This document shows positions 52,101 through 62,529 of a stretch of DNA of 64,000 bases, one piece after another. The position numbers and the translations under genes were made by a program. The notes under the pieces were generated by a model, which was given only the letters and a program-made list of their open reading frames with translations, ran no database searches and was not told the DNA's origin. The DNA lies in the NCBI GenBank assembly GCA_002269645.1, contig NIVC01001560.1:14338-78337 (forward strand), in the 5' to 3' direction. The stretch's first letter is position 1, and every line of letters begins with the position of its first letter. This stretch comes from Macrostomum lignano. Lineage: Eukaryota.

Positions 52101-54387
52101 GCTCTTGTCCGAGTCCGGCCAGCCGGACAGCGATCCACGCCGGCCGTGGCCCGGCCGCCCCCGGCCTATTTGAATCCGCTCTACTCGGAAGCGGCCGCGG
52201 ACGCTGCTGACCGGCTTCGTCAGCTGCTGGCCGCCAGGCCGGCCGGCCGGCCGAGTGGAAGCCAACGCCGGCTAGTCATGCTGCTCGGACAGACTGGCGA
52301 CTGTCTAGCCAAGTATCTGGGCCCGGCCATTCTGCACCGAATGGAATCCTTGCCGGCTCACTGCCTAGATCCGGCCGCTCTGTACGCTTCGGCCAGTGTC
52401 CGCTGTCCGGAAGAGGCCGTGGCCGATCTGTTTCGCGAGCTCCGTCGCGCCGCCCCAGCCGCCTTGTACGTGCCGGCTTGCGACTCGCTGTTCGGCGACT
52501 CGTCAACTGGCGGCCTGTCGGACACGGTGCGTCGCTGCCTGCTGGCAAGCCTTCGTGACTTCGATCCTTCGCTGCCGCTGCTGGTGCTCATGACTCGCGA
52601 GTGCATCAATCTGGACGCTGACGAAATCGGCGATTCGTTTCAGCCGCCCGACTGGCTGGACTGCTCGTCTGAGGATCTGGTCACCGTCCGGGTGCCAAGT
52701 CCAACTGACGCTCAGCGACGGGCCTTCTTCAGCGATATGGTGCTCAATGCTGCCACGGTGCTGGATGATGCCGACGGCGGTGTCGGCTGCGGCAGCGGCG
52801 GAGAACTTCCGCCAGCCGAGTCGCTGCCGCCGCTGCCGCTGGCTCCGGCCAGTCCGCCGCCCGCGCTGACCCGGCTGAAGCCAAGCGACTCGCCCGTAGA
52901 GAGGAGGGGCAACTGCGAGAGTTGAGAATCTTTCTGCGCGATACTTGCAACAAGCTGGCTAGGTGAGTCGGGTGAAACCGTCTTGCGTGCTTTTAGACTA
53001 TGGCTCCTCTCATTTTGATCCTTTGAATTTCACAATATTCTAAAACTTTTAGAACCACCATAATTCTGAAACTAAAGTGTGCTACAATTATACCATCATG
53101 AGCAATCATCTTGCATCTTCCAGAACCTTCAGATCCGCCATCCTGAACCTTCAGATCCATCAGCCTGAACCTTCAGATCCACCATCCTGAATCTTCAAAT
53201 CCGCCATCCTGAACCTTCAGATCCATCAGCCTGAACCTTCAGATCCGCCATCCTGAACCTTCAGATCCATCAGCCTGAACCTTCAGATCCACCATCCTGA
53301 ATCTTCAAATCCGCCATCCTGAACCTTCAGATCCATCAGCCTGAACCTTCAGATCCGCCATCCTGAACCTTCAGATCCATCAGCCTGAACCTTCAGATCC
53401 ACCACCCTGAACCTTCAGATCTTCCATCCTGAACCATCTGATCCATCATCCTGAACCTTCAAGCCCATAATCCATTTGCCTCCTTGACCCCTCAGAGACC
53501 GCCGATTCTTCGTATTCGCTAAGCCGGTGACAGACGTCGCTGACTATTACGACATCATCAAGAATCCCATGGACCTGGCCACCGTGATGGACAAGATCGA
53601 TCGCGGCGACTACTGCTGCGCCGAGGACTTTCTAGCCGATGTAGACTTGATCTCTCGCAACGCCTTGGAGTACAACCCGGTCACCGACGACGAGTCCGTA
53701 GCCATCCGACACCGCGCCTGCGCCCTACGCGACGTCGCCCAGGCCATCGTGAAAGCGGAGATGGACTCCGACTTCGAGGACGACTGTAAACGAATTCGCG
53801 ATCGTCGACGCGACGACGGTGCACCTGCCGCCGCTGCTACCGGCCAAACTGCTGCGACAAAGAAATCCTCGCTTTCAACTCACCCGTCTACTAACGGACC
53901 AACCCGGCAACAGCATGGCAACGGCTGTTTGAGCGGCAGCAACAGTGGTAGTGGAGTGTCTCGCGCCGATCGGTACAGCCGCAGATCCGCCACTGTTGCC
54001 ACTTCGGCGACAAATGATGCTGAAGCTGAGACAGCAAGCGCTGCTGCTGCTGCAACTCCCACTACTAGACGGTCTTTGTCAGCTTCTGCCAGCCCTCCAC
54101 AGCAGCAGCAGCCGCCGGCTGCTCAGCCGTCATCGTCAGCTGCCGGTGGCTCTCCGTATCGTCAGCCGGATGCCATGGTGGTTAGAAACCGGCTGCAGAA
54201 CCTGCTGAACCAGCTGGTCAGTCGGACGGCTAGTCTGACCAGGCAGCAGCTGGACTCTGCCTACACTCGACTGAGTGACTGTCTGGCCGGACTGCGGACT
54301 GCTAATTCCACTGCCGAACAGCAGCAGCCACAGTTTGCTGATCAAGTGTGCGCCTCTATTGAAAACTTCATCCAGACAATTGCTTAG
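49125..54387 (+). CDS. ATAD2: ATAD2/Yta7 AAA-ATPase + bromodomain protein, 3 exons (49125-50816, 51765-52962, 53496-54387); needs one extra nt at ~52871
   Basis: Acidic/Arg-rich N-terminus; DRSKIGASLADVDPM; Walker A GPPGCGKT; FFMRKGADCLSKWVGESERQLRLLF; Walker B IIFFDEID; GE|VIVIGATNR; PALRRPGRFDRE; degenerate second AAA; LRELRIFLRD in a shifted frame; bromodomain KNPMDL...NALEYNP...IRHRACALRD. Confidence 0.95.
50920..51695. repeat. 30-bp minisatellite (ttggttgctatgggcgctaagtacatcttagtg-type) in ATAD2 intron 1
   Basis: Direct periodicity, ~25 copies. Confidence 0.96.
53123..53462. repeat. 22-bp minisatellite (atcc(g/a)(c/t)ca(t/g)cctgaaccttcag) in ATAD2 intron 2
   Basis: Direct periodicity, ~15 copies, most ending in CCTTCAG. 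Confidence 0.95.
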
Positions 54388-54530
54388 TTTTGTTATTTTC
54401 TAAATTCATGGCATCGATTAAGGTTCTATAATATAGCTTATTTTTTGCTATAAAACTATTTTATAAAATACCAAAAATTTCCCTTTAATCCCAACTACCA
54501 CAGATATGAATATAAGCCTGTCACTTTTAG

Positions 54531-55165
54531 TTGACTGACTGACTGACTGACTGACTGACTGACTGACTGACTGACTGACTGACTGACTGACTGACTGACT
54601 GACTGACTGACTGACTGACTGACTGACTGACTGACTGACTGACTGACTGACTGACTGACTGACTGACTGACTGACTGACTGACTGACTGACTGACTGACT
54701 GACTGACTGACTGACTGACTGACTGACTGACTGACTGACTGACTGACTGACTGACTGACTGACTGACTGACTGACTGACTGACTGACTGACTGACTGACT
54801 GACTGACTGACTGACTGACTGACTGACTGACTGACTGACTGACTGACTGACTGACTGACTGACTGACTGACTGACTGACTGACTGACTGACTGACTGACT
54901 GACTGACTGACTGACTGACTGACTGACTGACTGACTGACTGACTGACTGACTGACTGACTGACTGACTGGCTGGCTGACTGACTGACTGACTGACTGACT
55001 GGCTGACTGACTGACTGACTGACTGGCTGACTGACTGACTGACTGACTGACTGACTGACTGACTGACTGACTGACTGGCTGACTGGCTGACTGACTGACT
55101 GACTGACTGACTGGCTGACTGACTGACTGACTGACTGACTGACTGACTGACTGACTGACTGACTG
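54531..55165. repeat. (GACT)n microsatellite, ~635 bp, just 3' of ATAD2
   Basis: Direct periodicity. Confidence 0.98.
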
Positions 55166-56439
55166 AACAGACGTCTGATGAATGAAAGTAGTCTGCTATC
55201 ACAGATAATGGCAATAAAGTCTTCTAAGTTTAAAATGCAAACAATGCTACTGCAGCATTCAGTATTCAGTAGTGTTAAAACGATTTAATTTAATTTTTTA
55301 TATCTCAGTACCACAGAAAAGCCATTTATATAGGTGCTGTAGTTCTTTTGCGTCTCTCTAGCACACAAGTTTGTTTTTATTCGTGTGTCATGTTAGGTGT
55401 GTTTATTTAATTAAGCTTGTGTACTATTAATAATGATTATATATCCATATAATTGTCCATTTGTTGTGTGCTTAGGTTAATTATGTATGCTAATTTTTTC
55501 AGCTAATAAATTCCCTTATAAACTTTGCTCAGTTGTAATAAGTTTGTTAATTTCTATTTAAATTAATTTAATCGTTTTATTCTTACCTTTGCCAAACTAA
55601 AATCTCTGTGTTTCTCTCAGTCCCCACCTGTGTCAGCTTTTTTGTTGCTGTTGTTTAATAATAAGCTTTCAAATTATAGTTTGTATAATAAAATTACTCT
55701 GTTAAATTTTATTCCTTCAAGTCTTTTTAATTGTAAATTTGTATGAATTTTAGAACTATTATTATTGTAGTTAATAAAAGTCAGACAATGCTTTTATCGC
55801 CCAATAATCTGTATGTTAATATAACATTAAATATAATCCAACTTATAATAAAAAGTTGTCGATTAAAGCAAGCATCTCAAACAGGGTTAACCATTTCAAG
55901 CATGCATAAGTCTTTGACAAAGCATTTAAATTTTAAATAAAAGTTTTACAATATCCCACTCACGCGAGCTGTTTGTCACGTCACGTGTCTGTTGAAAATG
56001 AAAATAATGAAAATTCATTGTTATTTTGTTAATTAATTATTTATTTATTGAGTTCAGGATCAAAGTGCTGGCCAAGTGAAAAAACCTAGTTGTTAAATAT
56101 CTAAGCTATGGTAGAAAATCAATTTAGAACTGAAATAATTTCAGTAATAAATTAATATTGCGGTATGTTACAAAATTGTAAGGAATAATTCGTATGTGCG
56201 TTTCTGTTTGCCTGGTAAAAAAGCGGTTAAGATTATACATTACCTAGCTAGAATATGATAGATTGTAAACTTATGCTCAAAACGCTGACTACTTATTTTG
56301 CATCTTCAATAATCCTGATTAGTCGGAAAGTGAAGCTAATTAGTAAAGAAAAGTGACAAGAAAATAGTTATTTGTAAAACTACTGAATATTTGCCTCATT
56401 GAATTTATTATAACTGACTCGTATTCTTGCACTTTAAAA

Positions 56440-56940
56440 TTTCTCCAGCTCATTCTGTGATCTCCCAGACTTCCCCAACTCAATCTGTGGGCTCCCAGAC
56501 TTCTTCAACTCATTCTGTGAGCTCCCAGACTTCTCCAGCTCATTCTGTGTGCTCCCAGACCTCCTCAGCTCATTCTGTGAGCTCCCAGACTTCTCCAGCT
56601 CATTCTGTGAGCTCCCAGACTTCCCCAACTCATTCTGTGAGCTCCCAGACTTCCCCAACTCAATCTGTGGGCTCCCAGACTTCTCCAGCTCATTCTGTGA
56701 GCTCCCAGACTTCTCCAGCTCATTCTGTGAGCTCCCAGACTTCTCCAGCTCAATCTGTGAGCTCCCAGACTTCTCCAGCTCAATCTGTGAGCTCCCAGGC
56801 TTCTCCAGCTCATTCTGTGAGCTCCCAGACTTCCCCAGCTCATTCTGTGAGCTCCCAGACTTTCCACAGCTCATTCTGTGAGCTCCCAGACTTCCCCAGC
56901 TCATTCTGTGAGCTCCCAGACTTCCCACAGCTCATTCTGT
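56440..56940. repeat. 30-bp minisatellite (ctcattctgtgagctcccagacttctccag), ~17 copies
   Basis: Direct periodicity; starts ~75 bp past the K2P stop. Confidence 0.96.
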
Positions 56941-57015
56941 AAGCCTTCTAGCTGATTCTGGTAATCAAGTGTCAGAAAAAGTGAAATTCTTCAGCATGAC
57001 AATGACGGGTAGCAA

Positions 57016-58608
57016 TCAGCGCTCCTTGCTGTTCCCCTCCTCCTGGTAGCTGTACTCGGCGTGCACCGGCGCCGGCTCCGGGTCGGCAAGCCAGCTGGCC
57101 AGCCGCTCGTTGAGCTGGTTGAGCAGCAGGGTGCACAGGGCGAGGCCCAGTGTCAGATAGGCCACCGAGGCGACTGTGCGGACGGGGTTGGCGTGCCCCG
57201 GCACCAGGTCGCCAAGGCCGACGCTAGTGGCCGAGATCACTGCAAAGTAGGCACCGTCCATGGGGTTCCAGCGCTCGGTGACGGCAAACAGACAGGCGCC
57301 AAGGCAGCAGTAGGCACCGAATATGGCCGCCGTGGCGTCCAACGTCAGGCCTGCGCCGCGCCAAGCGTTAGCGCGCAGTTTGGCGCCAATTTTGCGTTCG
57401 AGTAGAGCAGCCAGACGGCCGATGTACACGAGGCAGAGCGGTATGCCAGCTAGGGAGTAGAGAACGCTGAACCATTTGCCTGCGGAGCTGCGGGCCGACA
57501 CGTGTCCGTATCCTGTATAGGATGTCAGATTGAGAAGGATTGAGTGTGAGACAGCAGCTGTGATGAGAGCTACATACTTAGCATTGACCAGACTGCACCC
57601 TGTACTCTCTAGCTTTTCTCCTCTCCTCTCTTCTCTCTCCTCTCTCTCCTCTCCCTCTCTTCTCTCTCCTCTGTAGCCTCTCCCTCTCCTCTCTTCTCCT
57701 CTGTAGCCTCTCATCTCCCTTCTCTCTATCCTCTCCTCTCTCCTCTCTTCTCTCCCTTCTCTCCTCTCTTCTCTTTCCTCTCTAGCCTCTCCCCTCTTCT
57801 CTCTTCTCTTTCCTCTCTAGCCTCTCCCTCTCCTCTCTTCTCTCTCCTCTCTCCCCCTTCTCTCTCCTCTAGCCTCTCTCCTCTCCTTTCTTCTCTCTCC
57901 TCTCTGGCCTATCCTCTCTCCCCTCTTCTCTCTCCTCTCCTCTTTCCCCTCTCTTCTCTCTTTTCTCTCTCCCCTCTTCTCTATCTTTTCTCTCTCTTCT
58001 CTAGCCTCTACCCTCCCCTCTCTTCTCTCTCCTCTTTCTCTCTAATCTCTGCCTCTCCCCCTCCTCTTTCCTCTCTCCTTTCTCCTCTCTTCACTTGACT
58101 TTCCTCTATTCTTCTCTTTATTCCTCTCTCATCTGGCCCGCGGCCATGAGATGGATTCTTTATCTGGCGAACTGGTGCTCTATAATGCGAGCTATCCGAG
58201 CGTAGCTCTTATCCGTTAGCTTTTGTCAGCATCGTAGATTTAGTAAATTTACAATGGTTCTCACTTCTCACCTATAGTAGTGTGCAGAGTGAAGCAGTAC
58301 AGAAACGCTGAACAAAAGTCCCACTCTAGATTAGCCTTCACCTCCTGCCATTTCTCCATCTCTTTAATAGCAGTCTCGGCGAATTTCTCCCTAGAGATGA
58401 GCTTGCTAGTTCGAATCTCGTACAGCCGGAAGAGGAAGTCTGTGTCCGCCCGATCGGGGCTGATGCCGCGGTTCGCGGTTGGGACTTTACGATTCTCGAT
58501 GCACATGATGGCGACAGCGCCCAGGGCTGTGTAAACTAGCAGGACCAGTGACAGCGCCGGCACGCCGCCCAGAAATGCCAGCAGGTGCGAATCCTTCGAC
58601 TTGCCCAT
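57016..58608 (-). CDS. Two-pore-domain K+ channel (K2P/TWK-like), 2 exons (58608-58272, 57512-57016), 277 aa
   Basis: 4TM/2P topology. P1 WDFCSAFLYCFTLHTTIG|YG is joined across a phase-1 GT-AG intron; M2 LYSLAGIPL; P2 WNPMDGAYFAVISATSVGLGDLVP; M4 YLTLGLAL. Confidence 0.92.
57605..58130. repeat. CT-rich low-complexity tract in the K2P intron
   Basis: Degenerate ctct/cctct repeats with tagcc interruptions. Confidence 0.9.
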
Positions 58609-59424
58609 CTTCCGTTGAATAGGCTCGTCCCCTGTTGCAAAATCTCGACTCAGAATGCATTATTCTAACCGCGTTTAGGTTTACGGCGCCTCGAGCCGCT
58701 GAGGTGGCCGGGTTCCGCGCCGCCCAATGGTCGGGCGTTCAACTTATTGATTGCTTCCATAGACTTTTCAGCCCGCTAGCGTTCTGGCGCACACAGGGGC
58801 CGGTGGGGGTTTGGGATATCGTGGGGGGACGGACGAAAGACTTACTTGGCTGCTGCAGCCGTGCGATAGCAACTGCAGGGTGCGCGCATGGTGGCAGTGC
58901 GCTATTAATAGACCATAGGCTATTCGACTATCACGCAGGCCGGCTGGTAGCTAAGGGGAATTGGGAATGCAGGGATTTGACTCTCCTGCTGTCTACTATC
59001 TATGGCAGAGACAGCGGGGGTGCAACACAAAATCCCAGAAGGATCCCAGCGCAGTTCACGCTGTTATCACTTTGACAGAACCCGTCTTCTCTCACTCTAG
59101 AGTTTCTATAGGTTCGTTAGCGGGCCTCCTAAAAAGAAGCTTCTAATTGTCTATCTTCCATTTTCCTATTGTTCATGGAGTTCCGTATGAAAACGTCTGG
59201 ACAAATCAGAGAGGAAAGGAGAGAGAGAAGAGAGAAGAGAGCTGAAAAGAGACAAGCCTTAAGCGAGACGGATTGCCATTGTAAAGTTTCAAAGGACCCG
59301 AGGACCCGAATAGAGAGGCTTAGCGGGCCGGAGTTTTCCATAGACGAAAGATTGACATAGACGAAAAAGGAAACCAAGTTGATTGTTCGGCCATAGACAT
59401 CAGCACAAAAAAGATGCCAGCAGC

Positions 59425-59427
<3 letters not shown>

Positions 59428-59511
<84 letters not shown>
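59428..59511. repeat. (CT)n microsatellite
   Basis: Direct periodicity. Confidence 0.97.
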
Positions 59512-59517
<6 letters not shown>

Positions 59518-59967
59518 ATTGTCCATGAGCAGTTCGAAGCAACAGGAAACCCGTGCGTATGCATACAGTATGGAATGGAACAGGCAGGGGGTTCTGCCGG
59601 GACGAGGCCCTAGATGAATGCTTCAGAGGCGGGCACAGCCTGGTGCAGTGCTGACAGCTAAGCTGAGGGGGGGCCATGTGATTTTTACCGGCTGTCACTG
59701 ACTGCGCGCTGGCTATCTGCTGGGTAGAAAATTTTCTCTTTTGACAGCTCGGTGATAGAATGTCTGTACATGTATGCTATAAAATATATCAAAATTCAGT
59801 CGCTTGACAGAAGCTCAAAACGAAAATTTAGCCATTTGCCGAAGGCACACGCATTAACATATCGGTAAGTAATGAATTAATCGTTTATACAGCCTTTAGG
59901 GAGTTTTACACTGCTTAGAATTGTGTAGCTCGTACTGGTAAGAAAAAGGCGTTTAAAATCGCCGGGT

Positions 59968-61282
59968 TCAGGTCCGGTTTGTTTCCGGTCTATTAAGTTT
60001 CCGGTCCTGTTAGTTTCCGGTCCGGTTTGTTTCGGGTCCATTAAGTTTCCGGTCCGGTTAGATTCTGGTCCTGTTAGTTTCCGGTCCATTAAGTTTCCGG
60101 TCCTGTTAGTTTCCGGTCCGGTTTGTTTCGGGTCCATTAAGTTTCCGGTCCTGTTAGTTTCCGGTCCGGTTAGTTTCCGGTCCATTAAGTTTCCGGTCCT
60201 GTTAGTTTCCGGTCCGATTTGTTTCCGGTCCATTAAGTTTCCGGTCCTGTTAGTTTCCGGTCCGGTTTGTTTCCGGTCCTGTTAGTTTCTGGTCCTGTTA
60301 GTTTCTGGTCCTGTTAGTTTCTGGTCCTGTTAGTTTCCGGTCCTGTTAGTTTCCGGTCCTGTTAGTTTCCGGTCCTGTTAGTTTCCGGTCCTGTTAGTTT
60401 CTGGTCCTGTTAGTTTCCGGTCCTGTTAGTTTCTGGTCCTGTTAGTTTCTGGTCCTGTTAATTTCTGGTCCTGTTAGTTTCCGGTCCTGTTAGTTTCCGG
60501 TCCTGTTAGTTTCCGGTCCTGTTAGTTTCCGGTCCTGTTAGTTTCTGGTCCTGTTAGTTTCCGGTCCTGTTAGTTTCTGGTCCTGTAAGTTTCCGGTCCG
60601 GTTAGTTTCCGGTCCGGTTAGTTTCCGGTCCATTAAGTTTCCGGTCCTGTTAGTTTCCGGTCCGGTTTGTTTCCGGTCCATTAAGTTTCCGGTCCTGTTA
60701 GTTTCCGGTCCGGTTTGTTTCCGGTCCTGTTAGTTTCTGGTCCTGTTAGTTTCTGGTCCTGTTAGTTTCTGATCCTGTTAGTTTCCGGTCCTGTTAGTTT
60801 CCGGTCCTGTTAGTTTCCGGTCCTGTTAGTTTCTGGTCCTGTTAGTTTCCGGTCCTGTTAGTTTCTGGTCCTGTTAGTTTCTGGTCCTGTTAGTTTCTGG
60901 TCCTGTTAGTTTCCGGTCCTGTTAGTTTCCGGTCCTGTTAGTTTCTGGTCCTGTTAGTTTCCGGTCCTGTTAGTTTCTGGTCCTGTAAGTTTCCGGTCCG
61001 GTTAGTTTCCGGTCCGGTTAGTTTCCGGTCCATTAAGTTTCCGGTCCTGTTAGTTTCCGGTCCGGTTTGTTTCCGGTCCATTAAGTTTCCGGTCCTGTTA
61101 GTTTCCGGTCCGGTTTGTTTCCGGTCCTGTTAGTTTCTGGTCCTGTTAGTTTCTGGTCCTGTTAGTTTCTGGTCCTGTTAGTTTCCGGTCCTGTTAGTTT
61201 CCGGTCCTGTTAGTTTCCGGTCCTGTTAGTTTCCGGTCCTGTTAGTTTCTGGTCCTGTTAGTTTCTGGTCCGGTTAGTTTCC
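59968..61282. repeat. 16-bp minisatellite (gtttccggtcctgtta) with higher-order duplicated blocks
   Basis: Direct periodicity; ccattaa/ccggttt variant patterns recur about every 420 bp. Confidence 0.96.
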
Positions 61283-61283
61283 T

Positions 61284-61440
61284 ACACGCTCACACAGGGT
61301 GTACAGCAGCCCTGACTTTCTAATCATCAGGCATGTACACTCTCTGTACCTTGGGGGTTGGCCCTTATGAGTGTGAATCGAACCAGGTGCCGTTGTGGCG
61401 CGCAAGAGTCCGACGCGTTCACCACTGAGTCGCTCTGCCC
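61284..61440 (-). mobile_element. tRNA-derived SINE, family 1, copy C (5' half, clear Pol III head)
   Basis: Minus strand GGGCAGAGCGACTCAGTGGTGAACGCGTCGGACTC...GGTTCGATTC, then the family-1 core gtgtacatgcct...agggctgctgtacac.ctgtgtgag. It is cut off by the 16-bp array. Confidence 0.75.
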
Positions 61441-61924
61441 CTCCCCTTCAATACTTCTGAGATAAACTTTTTCAATGGCATTTTACCTTTCATCTTTTCC
61501 TTTCTTCGCCTTAGAAGAAAAGCAGTCGTGTGCAGTGGCTTTATTTATTAGAACGTTGCCCATAGCGGCATGGATAGCAGATGAAATGGCATCAGCTGCC
61601 GGCTGCTGCGAAGTCGGCCCCCCCCGTAAGTCAGTGTCGCACACCTTTAGCTCTAATACTGTCTCCAAGCTTCCACCTTCCCATTTCTTATCCTGACTTA
61701 TAGCCATAAGAAGGAAGTGCGGAGGCCACTGCACTCTTTCCTTTCCTCTCCTTTGTTGCGGTTTCCAAATTACTTTTTTGCGTCGCTTGGGAAACAGGAT
61801 AGCAAGAAACAATAAACTTGCTGCATTTAGTATTTTAAATGAGAATGCCTACTGAGATCAGTAGCATAGTGCGCTTATTCGAAAAGGTTTAGGTCCATTG
61901 GGCTGAATTAAGACTTAAGATAAA

Positions 61925-62185
61925 CAGGCATCAGGCTTGATAGCTTGATCAATAGAATTGATAGCTTGATCAATAGAGTTGATAGCTTGATCAACAGAGC
62001 TGATAGCTTGATCAACAGAGCTGATAGCTTGATCAACAGAGCTGATAGCTTGATCAACAGAGCTGATAGCTTGATCAACAGAGCTGATAGCTTGATCAAC
62101 AGAGCTGATAGCTTGATCAACAGAGCTGATAGCTTGATCAACTGAGCTGATAGCTTGATCAACAAAGCTGATGGTTTGATCTATC
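61925..62185. repeat. 21-bp minisatellite (gatagcttgatcaacagagct), ~12 copies
   Basis: Direct periodicity. Confidence 0.94.
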
Positions 62186-62204
62186 AAAGAGGTTCAAATA
62201 CGAT

Positions 62205-62490
62205 GAGAGGGTTTGTAGTCTACTGATTAGAGCGTCGGACTCACGACTTGAAGGTCGGGGGTTCGATTCTCGGCCCACTTAGAACAATCTGTGTCCTTGA
62301 GCAAGACACTTAACTCTGCATTGCTTCAGTTCACCCAGCTGTAAAATGGGTAATTGAGGGTGTGTGGCGACCCCCCAGTCCTTGGACTGAACAGCCGTAC
62401 GCAGCCTTCAGATGCGCCGCGCAATAGCTGCGGCTGAGCTGTCGGTTGCACATTTGCCCATTGGGGCAGGTGTAATCAATTATTATTATT
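62205..62490 (+). mobile_element. tRNA-derived SINE with a CORE (MIR-like) central domain and (TTA)n tail
   Basis: A box tgtagtctactgattag; B box ggttcgattctc. 62291-62350 (gtgtccttgagcaagacacttaactctgcattgcttcagttcacccagctgtaaaatggg) parallels the recalled MIR core GTGACCTTGGGCAAGTCACTTAACCTCTCTG..CCTCAGTTTCCTCATCTGTAAAATGGG. Ends in aattattattatt. Confidence 0.8.
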
Positions 62491-62529
62491 GATAAGTAAA
62501 TCTGATAGCTTGGTCAAAAGGGTTGCCGC

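Noticed and set aside
58982-59022. Hairpin ctcctgctgtct...agacagcggggg as a pre-miRNA
   Set aside because: The stem of ~12 bp is too short.
61483-61812. Minus-strand ORF with an exon-like acceptor (also 59169-59360 on +)
   Set aside because: No homology recognised and no partner exons.
62205-62280. Functional tRNA gene
   Set aside because: No convincing acceptor stem or T-run terminator; it continues into a SINE core and tail.
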